Source: an uncultured Collinsella sp.
GTDB lineage: Bacteria; Actinomycetota; Coriobacteriia; Coriobacteriales; Coriobacteriaceae
Direction: 5' to 3'
NCBI GenBank assembly: GCA_900541125.1
Contig: UQIK01000009.1
Span: forward strand, 2,829 to 66,828
DNA: 64,000 nt
A program made the position numbers and the translations under genes. The notes under the pieces are model-generated. The model made no database searches and was not told the origin of the DNA. It was given only the letters and a program-made list of their open reading frames with translations. Position 1 is the stretch's first letter. Each line of letters begins with the position of its first letter. Positions 20,900-30,105 of the stretch are shown one piece after another.

Positions 20900-22162
20900 C
20901 TAAGCGCTGTAGCCCATCGCCTGCAGGACAAACATGACGACCGTCAGCACCGTAATCACGGCGATAGTCGCCCAAGTGAGCACGTTCCACACGCGGCCGT
21001 TGCGGTTGGCACCCATAATGTGACGATCGGCGGCGATAACCACCTGGAACACCAGAACCACGGGCAGTAGCACGCCATTGATGACCTGCGAGGTCATCAT
21101 AATCTGGAACAGATCAACGCCGGGCATAAGCACCAGCACGGCAGAGATACCGATGATGGCCGTAATGATGCCGCGATAGACCGGGGCCTCGTCCCAGCTG
21201 CGGTCGGCACCGCGCTCCCAGCCAAATGCCTCGCAGATAGCGCTCGACGTAACGCCCGGCAGCACGCAGGCAGCCAAGAAGCTCGCCGCGACCAGGCCCG
21301 AGGCAAACAGTACCGTGGACCACTGACCCGCAATAGGCTCCAGCGCGCGGGCAGCATCGGCAGCATCGCTAATCTGAATGCCCGCCGGGAACAACACCGT
21401 ACCGGTCGTGATGATAATAAAGCCGGCAATGACATCGGCAGCAAGCGAGCCGCTCACGGTATCGATACGCTGCAGCACGATGTCGTCCTCGCCCGCGTTC
21501 TTATCGACCACGTTGTTCTGCGCCAAGAAAATCATCCACGGCGCGATGGTGGTACCGATCGTTGCGACCACGAGCGACACGTAGCTGGGGTCATTTTGAA
21601 TGTTAGGCACGACCAGGTCGACCGCGACCTCACCCCAGTTGGGGCCAGCCATAAACGCGGCGACAATATAGGTCACGAACACGCAGCTCACCAGCAGCAG
21701 AATCTTCTCGATGCGCTGGAAACTACCCGACATGGTAAGCATCCACACCAGCAGCGCTACCAACGGCACCGAGATGCTCGCCGGCACGCCAAAGAGAGCA
21801 AGGCCGCTGGCGATGCCCGCAAACTCCGAAATGGTCACAGCCGTGTTGGCGATCAACAGCGCCGCCATAGCAAGCACACTCTTGCGCACGCCAAAGCGCT
21901 CGCGAATGAGCGATGCCAGGCCCTTGCCCGTGACGCAGCCGCAGCGCGCCGCGGTCTCCTGCGTCACGATGAGCAGCACAGTCATGACGGGAAGCATCCA
22001 GAGCATCTTGTAGCCATAGCTGGCGCCCGCGCTGGAATACGTTGCAATGCCGCCGGCGTCATTGCCCGAAAGCGCCGCCAGAAGACCGGGGCCCATGGCG
22101 CCAAAGATGGCCGCGATGGTCAGCTTTTGCTTGGTGCCCGACTTTTGCTTGGTATTTTGCAC
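20900..22162 (-). CDS. NRAMP-family transporter with NRMT-like (Mg2+-type) binding-site substitutions
   Basis: NRAMP-like topology. TM1 reads LSGNDAGGIATY where DPGN is canonical. TM6 reads IGTTIAPWMIF where A-x-x-MPH is canonical. I prefer the GTG at 22162 (AGGTGG 5 nt upstream, 8 nt after the upstream stop) to the overlapping track start at 22225. Confidence 0.75.
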   Translation of the reverse strand: MQNTKQKSGTKQKLTIAAIFGAMGPGLLAALSGNDAGGIATYSSAGASYGYKMLWMLPVMTVLLIVTQETAARCGCVTGKGLASLIRERFGVRKSVLAMAALLIANTAVTISEFAGIASGLALFGVPASISVPLVALLVWMLTMSGSFQRIEKILLLVSCVFVTYIVAAFMAGPNWGEVAVDLVVPNIQNDPSYVSLVVATIGTTIAPWMIFLAQNNVVDKNAGEDDIVLQRIDTVSGSLAADVIAGFIIITTGTVLFPAGIQISDAADAARALEPIAGQWSTVLFASGLVAASFLAACVLPGVTSSAICEAFGWERGADRSWDEAPVYRGIITAIIGISAVLVLMPGVDLFQIMMTSQVINGVLLPVVLVFQVVIAADRHIMGANRNGRVWNVLTWATIAVITVLTVVMFVLQAMGYSA

Positions 22163-22170
22163 GCGACCAC

Positions 22171-24015
22171 CTAACCAATGACCGACATGGTGAGCAGCAC
22201 CGCGGCGGCGCAGTACGCTACGCACGAGATCATGACGGCAATAACGTTCATGGCGGTGCCCGACGTGTTGAGGTCATGCTCGTCACGCCAGAACAGCACC
22301 ATCAGGTAAATCACGGCACTCATGTTGCCAACCAGGCAAATGATGGCAGCGATATTAAAACACCCGGTAAAGAGTTGCTCCTCAAACATGGACGCATCGG
22401 GGAATGCAGCGGTGCGCACCAGCTGGGCGCACAGGTAGGTCACGAGTGACAGAATCAGGCCCATGCCCGTGCTCTGGAAGAAGAACCCCAGATACGGCTT
22501 GGGCTCGTCGTCGTGACCGTCATACTCCAGAAAGTAGTTCTTGACGAACGACACCATGCGCGAGGCCGCCAGCAGCACGAGCGGCATGGCGCACATGGGG
22601 AACACCACCAGATGCGCGGAGCCGAGCGCCGTCCCCAGCACGGTCGCCATGATGCACGACGCGATGCCCCATACAACAACCCAGTACTGGCGATGCACGA
22701 ACCAGCTGAGCACGTTCGTCGAGTCGTCCGACGCGCTATCGCCCGAGCCGACACCGGCGATCTGCAGGTCCTCCTGATGCTCCTCAGCGATAACGTCCAT
22801 GGCGTCGTCGAAGGTTACGATACCCAGGATATGACGGTTCTCGTCGCAGACAGGGATGGCAACCAGGTCGTACTTGGTCATCTCGTCCGTCACGTCTTCC
22901 TGGTCCTCGTCGGGCGACACATAGACCAGGTCGCGATAGGCCAGTTGACCCAGCGTGGCGTCGCGGTCGGCTACGATCAGCGTGCGCAGCGAAAGCACGC
23001 CGGTCAGCATGCCGCTCGGATCCTCGGTATAGACGTAGTAGACGCTCTCGAAGTCCTCGTCGAGCTCGCGAATCGCCTCGATGGCGTCACCGACCGTTGC
23101 CGTGGCGGGCAGGGAGACAAACTCCGAGGTCATGATGCGGCCGGCGGTGTTGTCCTCATACCCCAGCAGGTTACGAATCGCCTTCTCCTCCTTGACGCCC
23201 ATCAGGCGCAGGAGCTTCTCGGCCTTCTCGTAATCGAGCTCGTCGATCAGGTCGGCGGCGTCGTCCGGGTCCATCATGGCCAGCATCGACGATGCGTCCG
23301 TGTCGGACAGGCCCTCGAGCATCTCGGTCATAAGCTCGTCGTCATCGAACTCCGAGATGGCCTCGGCGGCCTGGGCAGTATCGAGCTGTGCAAACACCTG
23401 CGCACGCAGGCGCGGGTCGAGCTGCTCGATAATGTCGGCGATGTCGGCAGGGTGCAGCTCGCCGAGCGTCTTATGCGACACCGAGAGTTGAATGTTCTTG
23501 GTCGAGCGATCGAGCAGGTCCATGTAGGACCAAGCGATGATGTCCTCACTGAGCGGCTTGCCCAGGTGCTTCATAAAGCCTTCGACGATATGCTCGAGCG
23601 CGGGGCTGATGGCGCGTAGCAGACCGCGGGCGCCCACTTCGGCGCCCAGCAGGCGCAGCTGATTTTCGCCCGACATGGAAAACTTGATGTCGTTTACGCG
23701 CACGACTTTCATGCCCTGCGTGTCGACGATCTGCTTGTTGAGCACGTCGCGGGCAAGCAAGAGTTCGGTCGGCTGCAGGTACGAAAAACGGATTTCGGTG
23801 GCCGACGTCTTAAGGTGTACACCCGTCTCGTCGATACGGTCGACCCATTTGCGCCAGCTGATCATAAACGGTGTCTTGCCGGGTCCGCGGAACGCGAGCG
23901 ACGTCACGTGCGGAAAAACTTCGCCGGTAGCAATGCCAAAATCGTTCACCACGCCGAGCTTTTCGCCGTCGACGTCCAAGACCGGCAATTTGAGCATCTC
24001 ACTCAGATAATTCAA
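22171..24015 (-). CDS. Membrane protein with PRC-barrel x2, MgtE_N and a CBS pair, plus a C-terminal ~180-aa TM domain unlike the MgtE pore
   Basis: LHPADIADIIEQL...(MgtE_N) and IMTSEFVSLP...LSLRTLIVAD...IPVCDENRHILGIVTFDDAMDVI (CBS pair) are collinear with the MgtE cytoplasmic region. In the C-terminal helices I see no GGNxGxQ-type pore signature. Confidence 0.7.
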   Translation of the reverse strand: MNYLSEMLKLPVLDVDGEKLGVVNDFGIATGEVFPHVTSLAFRGPGKTPFMISWRKWVDRIDETGVHLKTSATEIRFSYLQPTELLLARDVLNKQIVDTQGMKVVRVNDIKFSMSGENQLRLLGAEVGARGLLRAISPALEHIVEGFMKHLGKPLSEDIIAWSYMDLLDRSTKNIQLSVSHKTLGELHPADIADIIEQLDPRLRAQVFAQLDTAQAAEAISEFDDDELMTEMLEGLSDTDASSMLAMMDPDDAADLIDELDYEKAEKLLRLMGVKEEKAIRNLLGYEDNTAGRIMTSEFVSLPATATVGDAIEAIRELDEDFESVYYVYTEDPSGMLTGVLSLRTLIVADRDATLGQLAYRDLVYVSPDEDQEDVTDEMTKYDLVAIPVCDENRHILGIVTFDDAMDVIAEEHQEDLQIAGVGSGDSASDDSTNVLSWFVHRQYWVVVWGIASCIMATVLGTALGSAHLVVFPMCAMPLVLLAASRMVSFVKNYFLEYDGHDDEPKPYLGFFFQSTGMGLILSLVTYLCAQLVRTAAFPDASMFEEQLFTGCFNIAAIICLVGNMSAVIYLMVLFWRDEHDLNTSGTAMNVIAVMISCVAYCAAAVLLTMSVIG

Positions 24016-24119
24016 TGGTGCTCCCCATCATTATTCCTCCAGACGCGGCCGCGCGTGCGGCGTCCGGGGGCTTCTGGATATGTATACGCATGCGCGGGCG
24101 GCACGCCGCTCGACGCTTA

Positions 24120-24295
24120 CACCCCGTGCATGCGCAAAAAGCACCTGCATGGGGTCATCGACTGTATGGTCGAGGTTTGGATTTCACCTGTAACCTTTCT
24201 CTTGACCCTCATTAACCGCAGTAACTATAGCATCAGCATCGCCCTGCGGCATCGAATTTATGCGCTGCACATTGCAGGCATACCAAACGCTGGCG
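24120..24295 (-). promoter_or_regulatory. Candidate M-box-like (Mg2+ riboswitch) leader; unverified
   Basis: On the minus strand the leader contains CGTTTGGTATGCCTGC, GCGGTTAATGAGGGTCAAGAG, TTACAGGTG and CCATACAGT. These resemble the conserved CGUUAGGUGAGGCUCC, GACGCUAAUGGGUCAACAG, CAUAAGGUG and GCCAUACAGU blocks of the B. subtilis mgtE M-box as I remember it. Confidence 0.3.
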
Positions 24296-24343
24296 CATCC
24301 GTGACATAGCCGTTGGGGACGTTCTTAAACGACCACCCAATGA

Positions 24344-25750
24344 CTACTCTGTGGTGTCGTCGTCCTCGGCAAGTTGGGGGAACACGGCGTCCTTGGGCAT
24401 GGTGGCCTTCGTCAGCGAGGTGAGCTTTTTGCTCAGCGACGTGTCCGTCTTAACCAGGTCGCTGAGCGTCACGATCTTGTAGCCGTCGGCAATGAGGCCG
24501 TCGATGATCTGCGGCAGTGCCTCAAGCGTCTGCTCGGCGCATTCATCGTTATCGGTCAGCAACACGATATTGCCCGGCGTCACCGAATCGAGCACCGTCG
24601 AGACCTGCTCGTCGGCACCGTTGAGCAGCCAGTCGCCCGAGTCAATATTCCACGAGACCACGGCGGAGACCAGGTCCATCGCATCAATCCAGTCTTGCTT
24701 GTCAAAGGCAGCGTAGGGAGCACGCAGTAGCATCGTCTTCACGCCGGTCGCCGACTTAATCGCATCGGCGCCTTTCGTGATCTGCTCGCGTACCGCCTCA
24801 CGGTCCTGACCCTTGAGCGAATCGTCGCTGTAGCTGTTGGATCCGATTTCGCACCCGGCATCGACAATCGCCTTGGCCGTGGCAGGCGAGGCCTCGGCCG
24901 CATCGCCCGAAAAGAAGAACGTCGCGGTGACGCCCTTCTCCTTGAGTACCTGCAAAATCTGCTTGGTCGCACCGCTCGGACCCTCGTCAAACGTCAGCGC
25001 CACGTACTTTTCGTTGCCCTTGGGCGCCACGCTGGCGCACGCAACGACGCAATCGGTGGCGGGCACAACCTCGCCGCGGTCCTGCGTCTTGCCCGACTGC
25101 TCACCAACCCACACCTCGGAGCGGCCCTGGACACCCCACGTCTGCACATACTCGATAGCGCCCGTGCCCTCGACCTTGAGCTTGGGCTCGATAACCGTAG
25201 CCTGAACCTCGTGCTTCTCGTAGGTGTTACGGCCATCCTTGACCGTCACCTTCTCGCCGCCCTCAAGTTCGCGGCTATCCCATTTGCCCTGCTTCACGCG
25301 CTTGCCGTCGACCTTCACCGACAGCTTTTCGCCCCCATGGCGCTTGAGCACGCTGTCATCGACGGCCAGCAGGTCGCCTGCGTCGTAGGTGTCAGTCAAC
25401 TCCTGGTCGTCGATGAGATTCTGCAGCGTAGAGCCCACACGCACCGCGGTCTTCTGGCCGTTGAGCTCCACGTCCACACTGCGGTTGACGTAGCCCACGA
25501 CGGCAGCGATAAACAGCACGAGCGCGCAACCCACGGCGATGAGCGCATAGGGCAGGCGAGATGAACGACGGGGTGTGCGGCTGTTGCCGATGCGCGCACT
25601 GCGGTCGCTAAAGCCGCGGCTATGGTTGAGGTACATCGCGCCGGGCTTACGGTGACGTTTGCGCTGACCGCTGGGCAGCTGCCCCAGGTCGCGGCGCGCC
25701 GTCGGACGCGCACCCGAACGCCCGTTTAAGTTGGATCCGTTTTGGCGCAT
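24344..25750 (-). CDS. Polysaccharide (peptidoglycan) deacetylase, NodB family, N-terminally membrane-anchored
   Basis: TM helix LPYALIAVGCALVLFIAAVVGYV. The NodB motifs are YVALTFDEGP and later catalytic blocks. A GGAGGG Shine-Dalgarno precedes ATG 25750. Confidence 0.85.
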   Translation of the reverse strand: MRQNGSNLNGRSGARPTARRDLGQLPSGQRKRHRKPGAMYLNHSRGFSDRSARIGNSRTPRRSSRLPYALIAVGCALVLFIAAVVGYVNRSVDVELNGQKTAVRVGSTLQNLIDDQELTDTYDAGDLLAVDDSVLKRHGGEKLSVKVDGKRVKQGKWDSRELEGGEKVTVKDGRNTYEKHEVQATVIEPKLKVEGTGAIEYVQTWGVQGRSEVWVGEQSGKTQDRGEVVPATDCVVACASVAPKGNEKYVALTFDEGPSGATKQILQVLKEKGVTATFFFSGDAAEASPATAKAIVDAGCEIGSNSYSDDSLKGQDREAVREQITKGADAIKSATGVKTMLLRAPYAAFDKQDWIDAMDLVSAVVSWNIDSGDWLLNGADEQVSTVLDSVTPGNIVLLTDNDECAEQTLEALPQIIDGLIADGYKIVTLSDLVKTDTSLSKKLTSLTKATMPKDAVFPQLAEDDDTTE

Positions 25751-25822
25751 GTGCCCTCCCCCATAAACACAGCAAGCCGGAGCAACAGGTCTCCGGCTTG
25801 CCTCCCATCATTTGGTACGTCG

Positions 25823-26578
25823 CTATTTTGTAGCTTTTGACGAGCCTCCGCTCGCCTTTTGGTATTCGTCCTTAAAGGCCTTGAACATGCCGCGCGTCTT
25901 GCCGAGCTGCTTGCCCAGTGCGCGACTGCCCTTGTCCACGGCAACCGATCCCTTGTCGTCGAGCACCTTGGCACCCTTTTTGACCTTGTCGCCCACCACG
26001 ACGCTGGCCTCGGCGGCCTTGGCAGCCGCACCGCCCGAATACCCGAGCGACTTGACCTCGTCCGAGACGACCATCGCGCCGTTCTCGTAGCCGCGCAGCA
26101 TCGTCGGCGGCACCTGCGTGTCACCAACCAAAACGCTCGAAGCAGCACCGGCGGTCACATAGAATGCCTGCACGATGCCCGAGCGCGGCTTGAACTCAAC
26201 GTCCGAGCAATAGCCCACGACGTCGCCCGATTCCGTGCGCACGTCCATACCGACCCAGATGATGCAATCGTCCAGGTTGATGTCGAGGCGCTTGGCGGCG
26301 GCGGCATCGTACGTGTCCTTAACGTCATCGACCGCAATGGCGCCCTCGTAGACACCAATGGCGTCGAGCGCTACGAATCGATCGGGACGCTCGATCATGC
26401 CCGCGATATCGGACTGGCGGACCATAAAGCCGACCACGCGCGTACCGCCCGGGGTAAAGACCGGAAAGTGAATCTTTCCGAGCTTTTTAGGGCTGCGCGG
26501 CGTGCCGTCCTTTTTGGTGCGCTTGTCCTCGGTAGGCTTGCGATAGATCTTGGCGCCGACAAAATCCCCGGCGCGCAT
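25823..26578 (-). CDS. PRC-barrel domain protein
   Basis: Two PRC-like beta-barrel segments (GAKIYRKP...GKIHFPVFTP and VVGYCSDVEFKPRSGIVQAFYV). Its ATG overlaps the upstream TAA (TAATG). Confidence 0.6.
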   Translation of the reverse strand: MRAGDFVGAKIYRKPTEDKRTKKDGTPRSPKKLGKIHFPVFTPGGTRVVGFMVRQSDIAGMIERPDRFVALDAIGVYEGAIAVDDVKDTYDAAAAKRLDINLDDCIIWVGMDVRTESGDVVGYCSDVEFKPRSGIVQAFYVTAGAASSVLVGDTQVPPTMLRGYENGAMVVSDEVKSLGYSGGAAAKAAEASVVVGDKVKKGAKVLDDKGSVAVDKGSRALGKQLGKTRGMFKAFKDEYQKASGGSSKATK

Positions 26579-26967
26579 TATGCCTCGGTCGAGGGCTCCG
26601 CAGCCTCGGTATCAGCCTCGACGGCGTTCTCGACCACGACGTCGGCGGCAGGCGTCACGTTGCCGCCCGAAATGGCGTCGTTGAGCTGCTCGCGCAGCTG
26701 GTCCATGCGCTCGCGGGCCAGGTCGACCTTGGCGCGCAGGTCGTCGGTCTTGGCGTCGACCATCGGGCCAAAGTCATTCACCGCAGCACGGGCCTCCTCG
26801 GCGCTGTGCTCGTAGGTGTCGCGCATATTGTCCCAGGCGTCGTTGGCGATATCGGCAGCCATGGCGCGGGTCTCGGCGCCCGAGCGCGGGGCCAGAGCAA
26901 CGCCGACAATAGCGCCGGCAGCGGCACCAAAAAGTGCGCCGGAGACAAAGCTGAAAGTCTTACCCAT
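26578..26967 (-). CDS. YtxH-domain general-stress-type protein
   Basis: GKTFSFVSGALFGAAAGAIVGVALAPRSGAETR is a YtxH signature, followed by a coiled-coil. I prefer ATG 26967, 8 nt after GGAGAGG. Confidence 0.75.
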   Translation of the reverse strand: MGKTFSFVSGALFGAAAGAIVGVALAPRSGAETRAMAADIANDAWDNMRDTYEHSAEEARAAVNDFGPMVDAKTDDLRAKVDLARERMDQLREQLNDAISGGNVTPAADVVVENAVEADTEAAEPSTEA

Positions 26968-27103
26968 GATCATTCCTCTCCTGCGGGCACGTCGGTGCCC
27001 ACCGTTTGAATGCTGTCCATTATACCCGCAGCGCATCACTTGCCGCTCCGCTCATCTGCGTACGGCAAAGGCGCAGGTATGTGATGGTGATAAACGCGTA
27101 GGC

Positions 27104-27913
27104 CTACTCCTGGGGCATAGCCGGCATGGCCACCGTGGCACCCGGGTCCTCGCCGGCGCCGTCCACGAGCGGCAGGCCGCCCTCATGCGCAGGTCCTGCC
27201 GGAACCGTCGCCGCACCGCCAAAGACGGCAGCGGAGGCCTCGTGGTTCTCGGCAACCGCGCCCTCGGTATCAATCGCCACCTGGGGCTCATCGTCAAAGT
27301 TGGGGACGCTCTGGGGCTCGGCGGCAACGGGCTCGGCGTCGACCGGCGCATCGCCCTCGTCAGCGCCCTCGTCCTCGGCAGCATCTTCGCCGTTCGCAGC
27401 GGCGACGGCCTCGTGAGGATCCTTGCCCTCGGCCTCGGCGCGCATGCCCAGCACCAGGTTGCGCAGGCCCGCGACCGTGCCTTCCACGTCGGGGGCAGGC
27501 TGGTCGGCGTGCAGGTACGCCCAGTCCATCATAAAGGTGGCCGAAGACAGCGCGCCGATGGCCAGCGCGTCGTCGGGGCACGAAAGCTCAACCTCAAAGA
27601 CGCGCTCGTCGTGCTCGCTTACGCGCGTGCGGCCGCACGAGATGCTGCCGGCAAGCCCGGTCTCGTTCATGAGCTCGACCGTCACATGCTCAAGCAGATG
27701 GCAAAGCTCGGTCTGGCCCATGCAGTCCTGGAACTCGCGGCCGGAATCACCCAGGCACAGGTGCTTGGCAATCGCCGGCACCAGGTAGTACACGCGCGCC
27801 GTGGCCTCGATATCCTCCGAGGTCATGAGCGGCATGCCGGGGTTCACCAGCACATGCGCGCAGATCTTGTCCTCGCTGACGGTGACCTTAAGGATGTTGA
27901 ACAGGCCTGCCAT
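27104..27913 (-). CDS. Stand-alone cyanophycin-synthetase-N-terminal-domain-like protein with an acidic low-complexity tail
   Basis: CHLLEHVTVELMNETGLAGSISCGRTRVSEHDERVFEVELSC parallels the CphA1 N-domain block GHIVEHVALELQ...GFGRTR...YQVVIEY (from memory). The C-terminal ~110 aa are Ala/Glu/Asp/Pro-rich. Confidence 0.45.
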   Translation of the reverse strand: MAGLFNILKVTVSEDKICAHVLVNPGMPLMTSEDIEATARVYYLVPAIAKHLCLGDSGREFQDCMGQTELCHLLEHVTVELMNETGLAGSISCGRTRVSEHDERVFEVELSCPDDALAIGALSSATFMMDWAYLHADQPAPDVEGTVAGLRNLVLGMRAEAEGKDPHEAVAAANGEDAAEDEGADEGDAPVDAEPVAAEPQSVPNFDDEPQVAIDTEGAVAENHEASAAVFGGAATVPAGPAHEGGLPLVDGAGEDPGATVAMPAMPQE

Positions 27914-27937
27914 AACTCTCCCCTACTCTTCCTTGTC

Positions 27938-29311
27938 CTACTCGTCGCCGTCGTGCGGATTCGCGGAACCCGCACCCGACGACGTCGGCTCGTCTACCGA
28001 AGACTCGGAATCCTTCTTATCGGCTTCGGCCGGAGCGATCACGCGAATGAGCGAGATGCGCTGGCCACGCATCGACTGCACTTTAAACTTGTACCCCGCG
28101 ACCTCAAACACCTCTCCGATGTCGGGCACCGAGTCACAAAGCTCCAAGATCCAGCCGGCGATGGTCTCATAATCATCGCTTTCCTCGAGCGGCCAACCAA
28201 GCTCAATCGCGTCATCGCACGAAAAACGCCCATCAACGAGCCACTCGCGGCGCGAAAGGCGCGTGAGATACTTGTTGTCGGGGTCGAACTCGTCCTCGAT
28301 CTCGCCGACGATCTCCTCGACGATGTCCTCGATGGTGATGATGCCGGCCGTGCCGCCGTACTCGTCCACGACCACCACGATCTGGTCGTGCGAGGTCTGC
28401 ATCTCGGACAGCAGCGGCAGGATGTCCTTGGTGTCGGGTACAAAGGTGGCGTCGCGCAAATAGCTGGCGATGGGCTGGTCGCCCTTGCCGTCGAGCGCGG
28501 GCTGGATCAGGTCCTTGATGTGCGCGATGCCCGCGACGTTGTCGGGATCCTCGTGATAGACGGGGATGCGGCTGAAGCCGGTCTGGCGCATGGTGGACAA
28601 CACGTCGGCGACCGTCTCGTCGTCCTCGCACATGGTGGTGTCCACGCGCGGCACCATGACCTCACGGGCAACGGTGTCGCCCAGGTCGAAGATCTCGTGG
28701 ATCATGCGCTTTTCCTCGTCGAGCAGGTCGTCCTGCTCCGAGACCATGTACTTGATCTCCTCCTCCGAGACGTTCTGGCGATCGTCGGCGCTCTTGATGC
28801 GCAGGATGCGAGCCAGACCATCGGAGCAGGCGCCGGTCAGCCACACGAGCGGACGGGCGATCTTCTGGAACACGGAAAGCGGGCCCACGACCTGCTTGGA
28901 CACGCCCTCGGCATTGGCCAGGCCGATGCGCTTGGGGACGAGCTCGCCGATCACGATGGATACGAAGGCGACCGCGACGGTGATGATGACCGGCGCCAGG
29001 CCGCGCGCGATGGCGGAGAGCGGCGCGATGCCAAAGCTCATGAGCCACGTGGCGAGCGGGTCGGACAGACTCGTCGAGGCGACGGCGGACGAGGCGAAGC
29101 CCACGAGCGTGATGGCGACCTGGATGGTGGCGAGCAGCTGGTCGGAGTCGGCAGCCAGCTTAATGGCACGCTCGGCGCGCTTGTCGCCTTCCTCGGCCTC
29201 GTGCTCCAGCACGGCGCGCTTGGCCGTGGTGAGCGCCATCTCAGACATAGAGAAGTAGCCGTTGATGAGGGTCAAAACGAGAGTGGTGATAAGGGAGATG
29301 GTTATGTCCAT
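27938..29311 (-). CDS. CNNM/CorC-HlyC family transporter (DUF21, CBS pair and CorC_HlyC domains)
   Basis: MDITISLITTLVLTLINGYFSMSEMAL begins the DUF21 domain. A CBS pair follows, and the C-terminal domain contains DDYETIAGWILE. The start was re-placed at ATG 29311. Confidence 0.85.
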   Translation of the reverse strand: MDITISLITTLVLTLINGYFSMSEMALTTAKRAVLEHEAEEGDKRAERAIKLAADSDQLLATIQVAITLVGFASSAVASTSLSDPLATWLMSFGIAPLSAIARGLAPVIITVAVAFVSIVIGELVPKRIGLANAEGVSKQVVGPLSVFQKIARPLVWLTGACSDGLARILRIKSADDRQNVSEEEIKYMVSEQDDLLDEEKRMIHEIFDLGDTVAREVMVPRVDTTMCEDDETVADVLSTMRQTGFSRIPVYHEDPDNVAGIAHIKDLIQPALDGKGDQPIASYLRDATFVPDTKDILPLLSEMQTSHDQIVVVVDEYGGTAGIITIEDIVEEIVGEIEDEFDPDNKYLTRLSRREWLVDGRFSCDDAIELGWPLEESDDYETIAGWILELCDSVPDIGEVFEVAGYKFKVQSMRGQRISLIRVIAPAEADKKDSESSVDEPTSSGAGSANPHDGDE

Positions 29312-29421
29312 CGGGAGTTTCTCGAACCTCCAAGATTCGGGACGTCGGATTAAAACGTTGACGGCGGATACGGCAATTGCACCGGCGCCCAAACAAGGAC
29401 GCGGGCGCGCAGGCGTGGTCG

Positions 29422-30105
29422 CTAGATTACGAAGAGAATCACCGCCATGAACTGGAAGATGCTGCCGGCGAGCACCCACAGGTGGAACACGCTGTGCAGG
29501 TAGCGCACGTTTTTGGCGATATAGAACGGCACGCCCGCGGTGTAGCACACGCCGCCGACGGCGAGCAGGGCAAGTGCCACGGGGTTGAGCAGCGACACGA
29601 GCTCAGGCAGCTTAAAGACAACGAGCCAGCCCATCAGCAGGTAGACCAGACCGCTTACCCAGTGCGGTTGACGCTCGCGCATAAAGCACTCGAGGGCGAT
29701 GCCGATGATGGCGATGGCCCATACGGCAAAGAACAGCACAGCGCCGCCGTCGTTTGCGAGCGTGATAAGGCAAAACGGCGTATAGCTGCCGGCAATGAGC
29801 AGGTAGATGCAGCTGTGGTCGATGATGCGAAACACGCGCTTGGCGTGCGCGGGCTGAATCGCGTGGTAGAGCGTGGAGGCTAGGTATTCGAGGATAATAC
29901 TGACGCCATAGACAATCGCCGCGGCCATGTGGGCCGGGCCTCCGCCGCGCAGGGCGGCGAATACGATCAGGAGCACCAGGCCCGCGATACCCAGCAGGCA
30001 GCCGACACCATGGGTGACGGAGTTCATGATCTCCTCGCCCACCGTGTAGTGTGGAACGGCCGCGGTCTTGGGTCGCGGCTTAGAACTGTCGCTCGAATCG
30101 GACAT
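29422..30105 (-). CDS. Hemolysin III / PAQR family membrane protein
   Basis: Seven TM helices with NSVTHGVG and HLWVLAGS motifs. ATG 30105 lies behind GGAGG; the track start at 30123 is TTG. Confidence 0.85.
   Translation of the reverse strand: MSDSSDSSKPRPKTAAVPHYTVGEEIMNSVTHGVGCLLGIAGLVLLIVFAALRGGGPAHMAAAIVYGVSIILEYLASTLYHAIQPAHAKRVFRIIDHSCIYLLIAGSYTPFCLITLANDGGAVLFFAVWAIAIIGIALECFMRERQPHWVSGLVYLLMGWLVVFKLPELVSLLNPVALALLAVGGVCYTAGVPFYIAKNVRYLHSVFHLWVLAGSIFQFMAVILFVI

Noticed and set aside
22171-24015. Annotating this gene simply as the Mg2+ channel MgtE.
   Set aside because: Only the cytoplasmic N-domain and CBS pair match MgtE. The membrane part lacks the pore signature I expect, and extra PRC-barrel modules precede the MgtE_N region. 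It is reported instead as a sensor-domain membrane protein.
26816-29353. An 845-aa plus-strand ORF spanning the YtxH, CphA-N-like and CNNM genes.
   Set aside because: It is a mirror-frame artefact of high-G+C DNA. Its composition is dominated by R/G/A/H/L/V and it has no recognisable motif. It lies antisense to three minus-strand genes that have clear family signatures and ribosome-binding sites.
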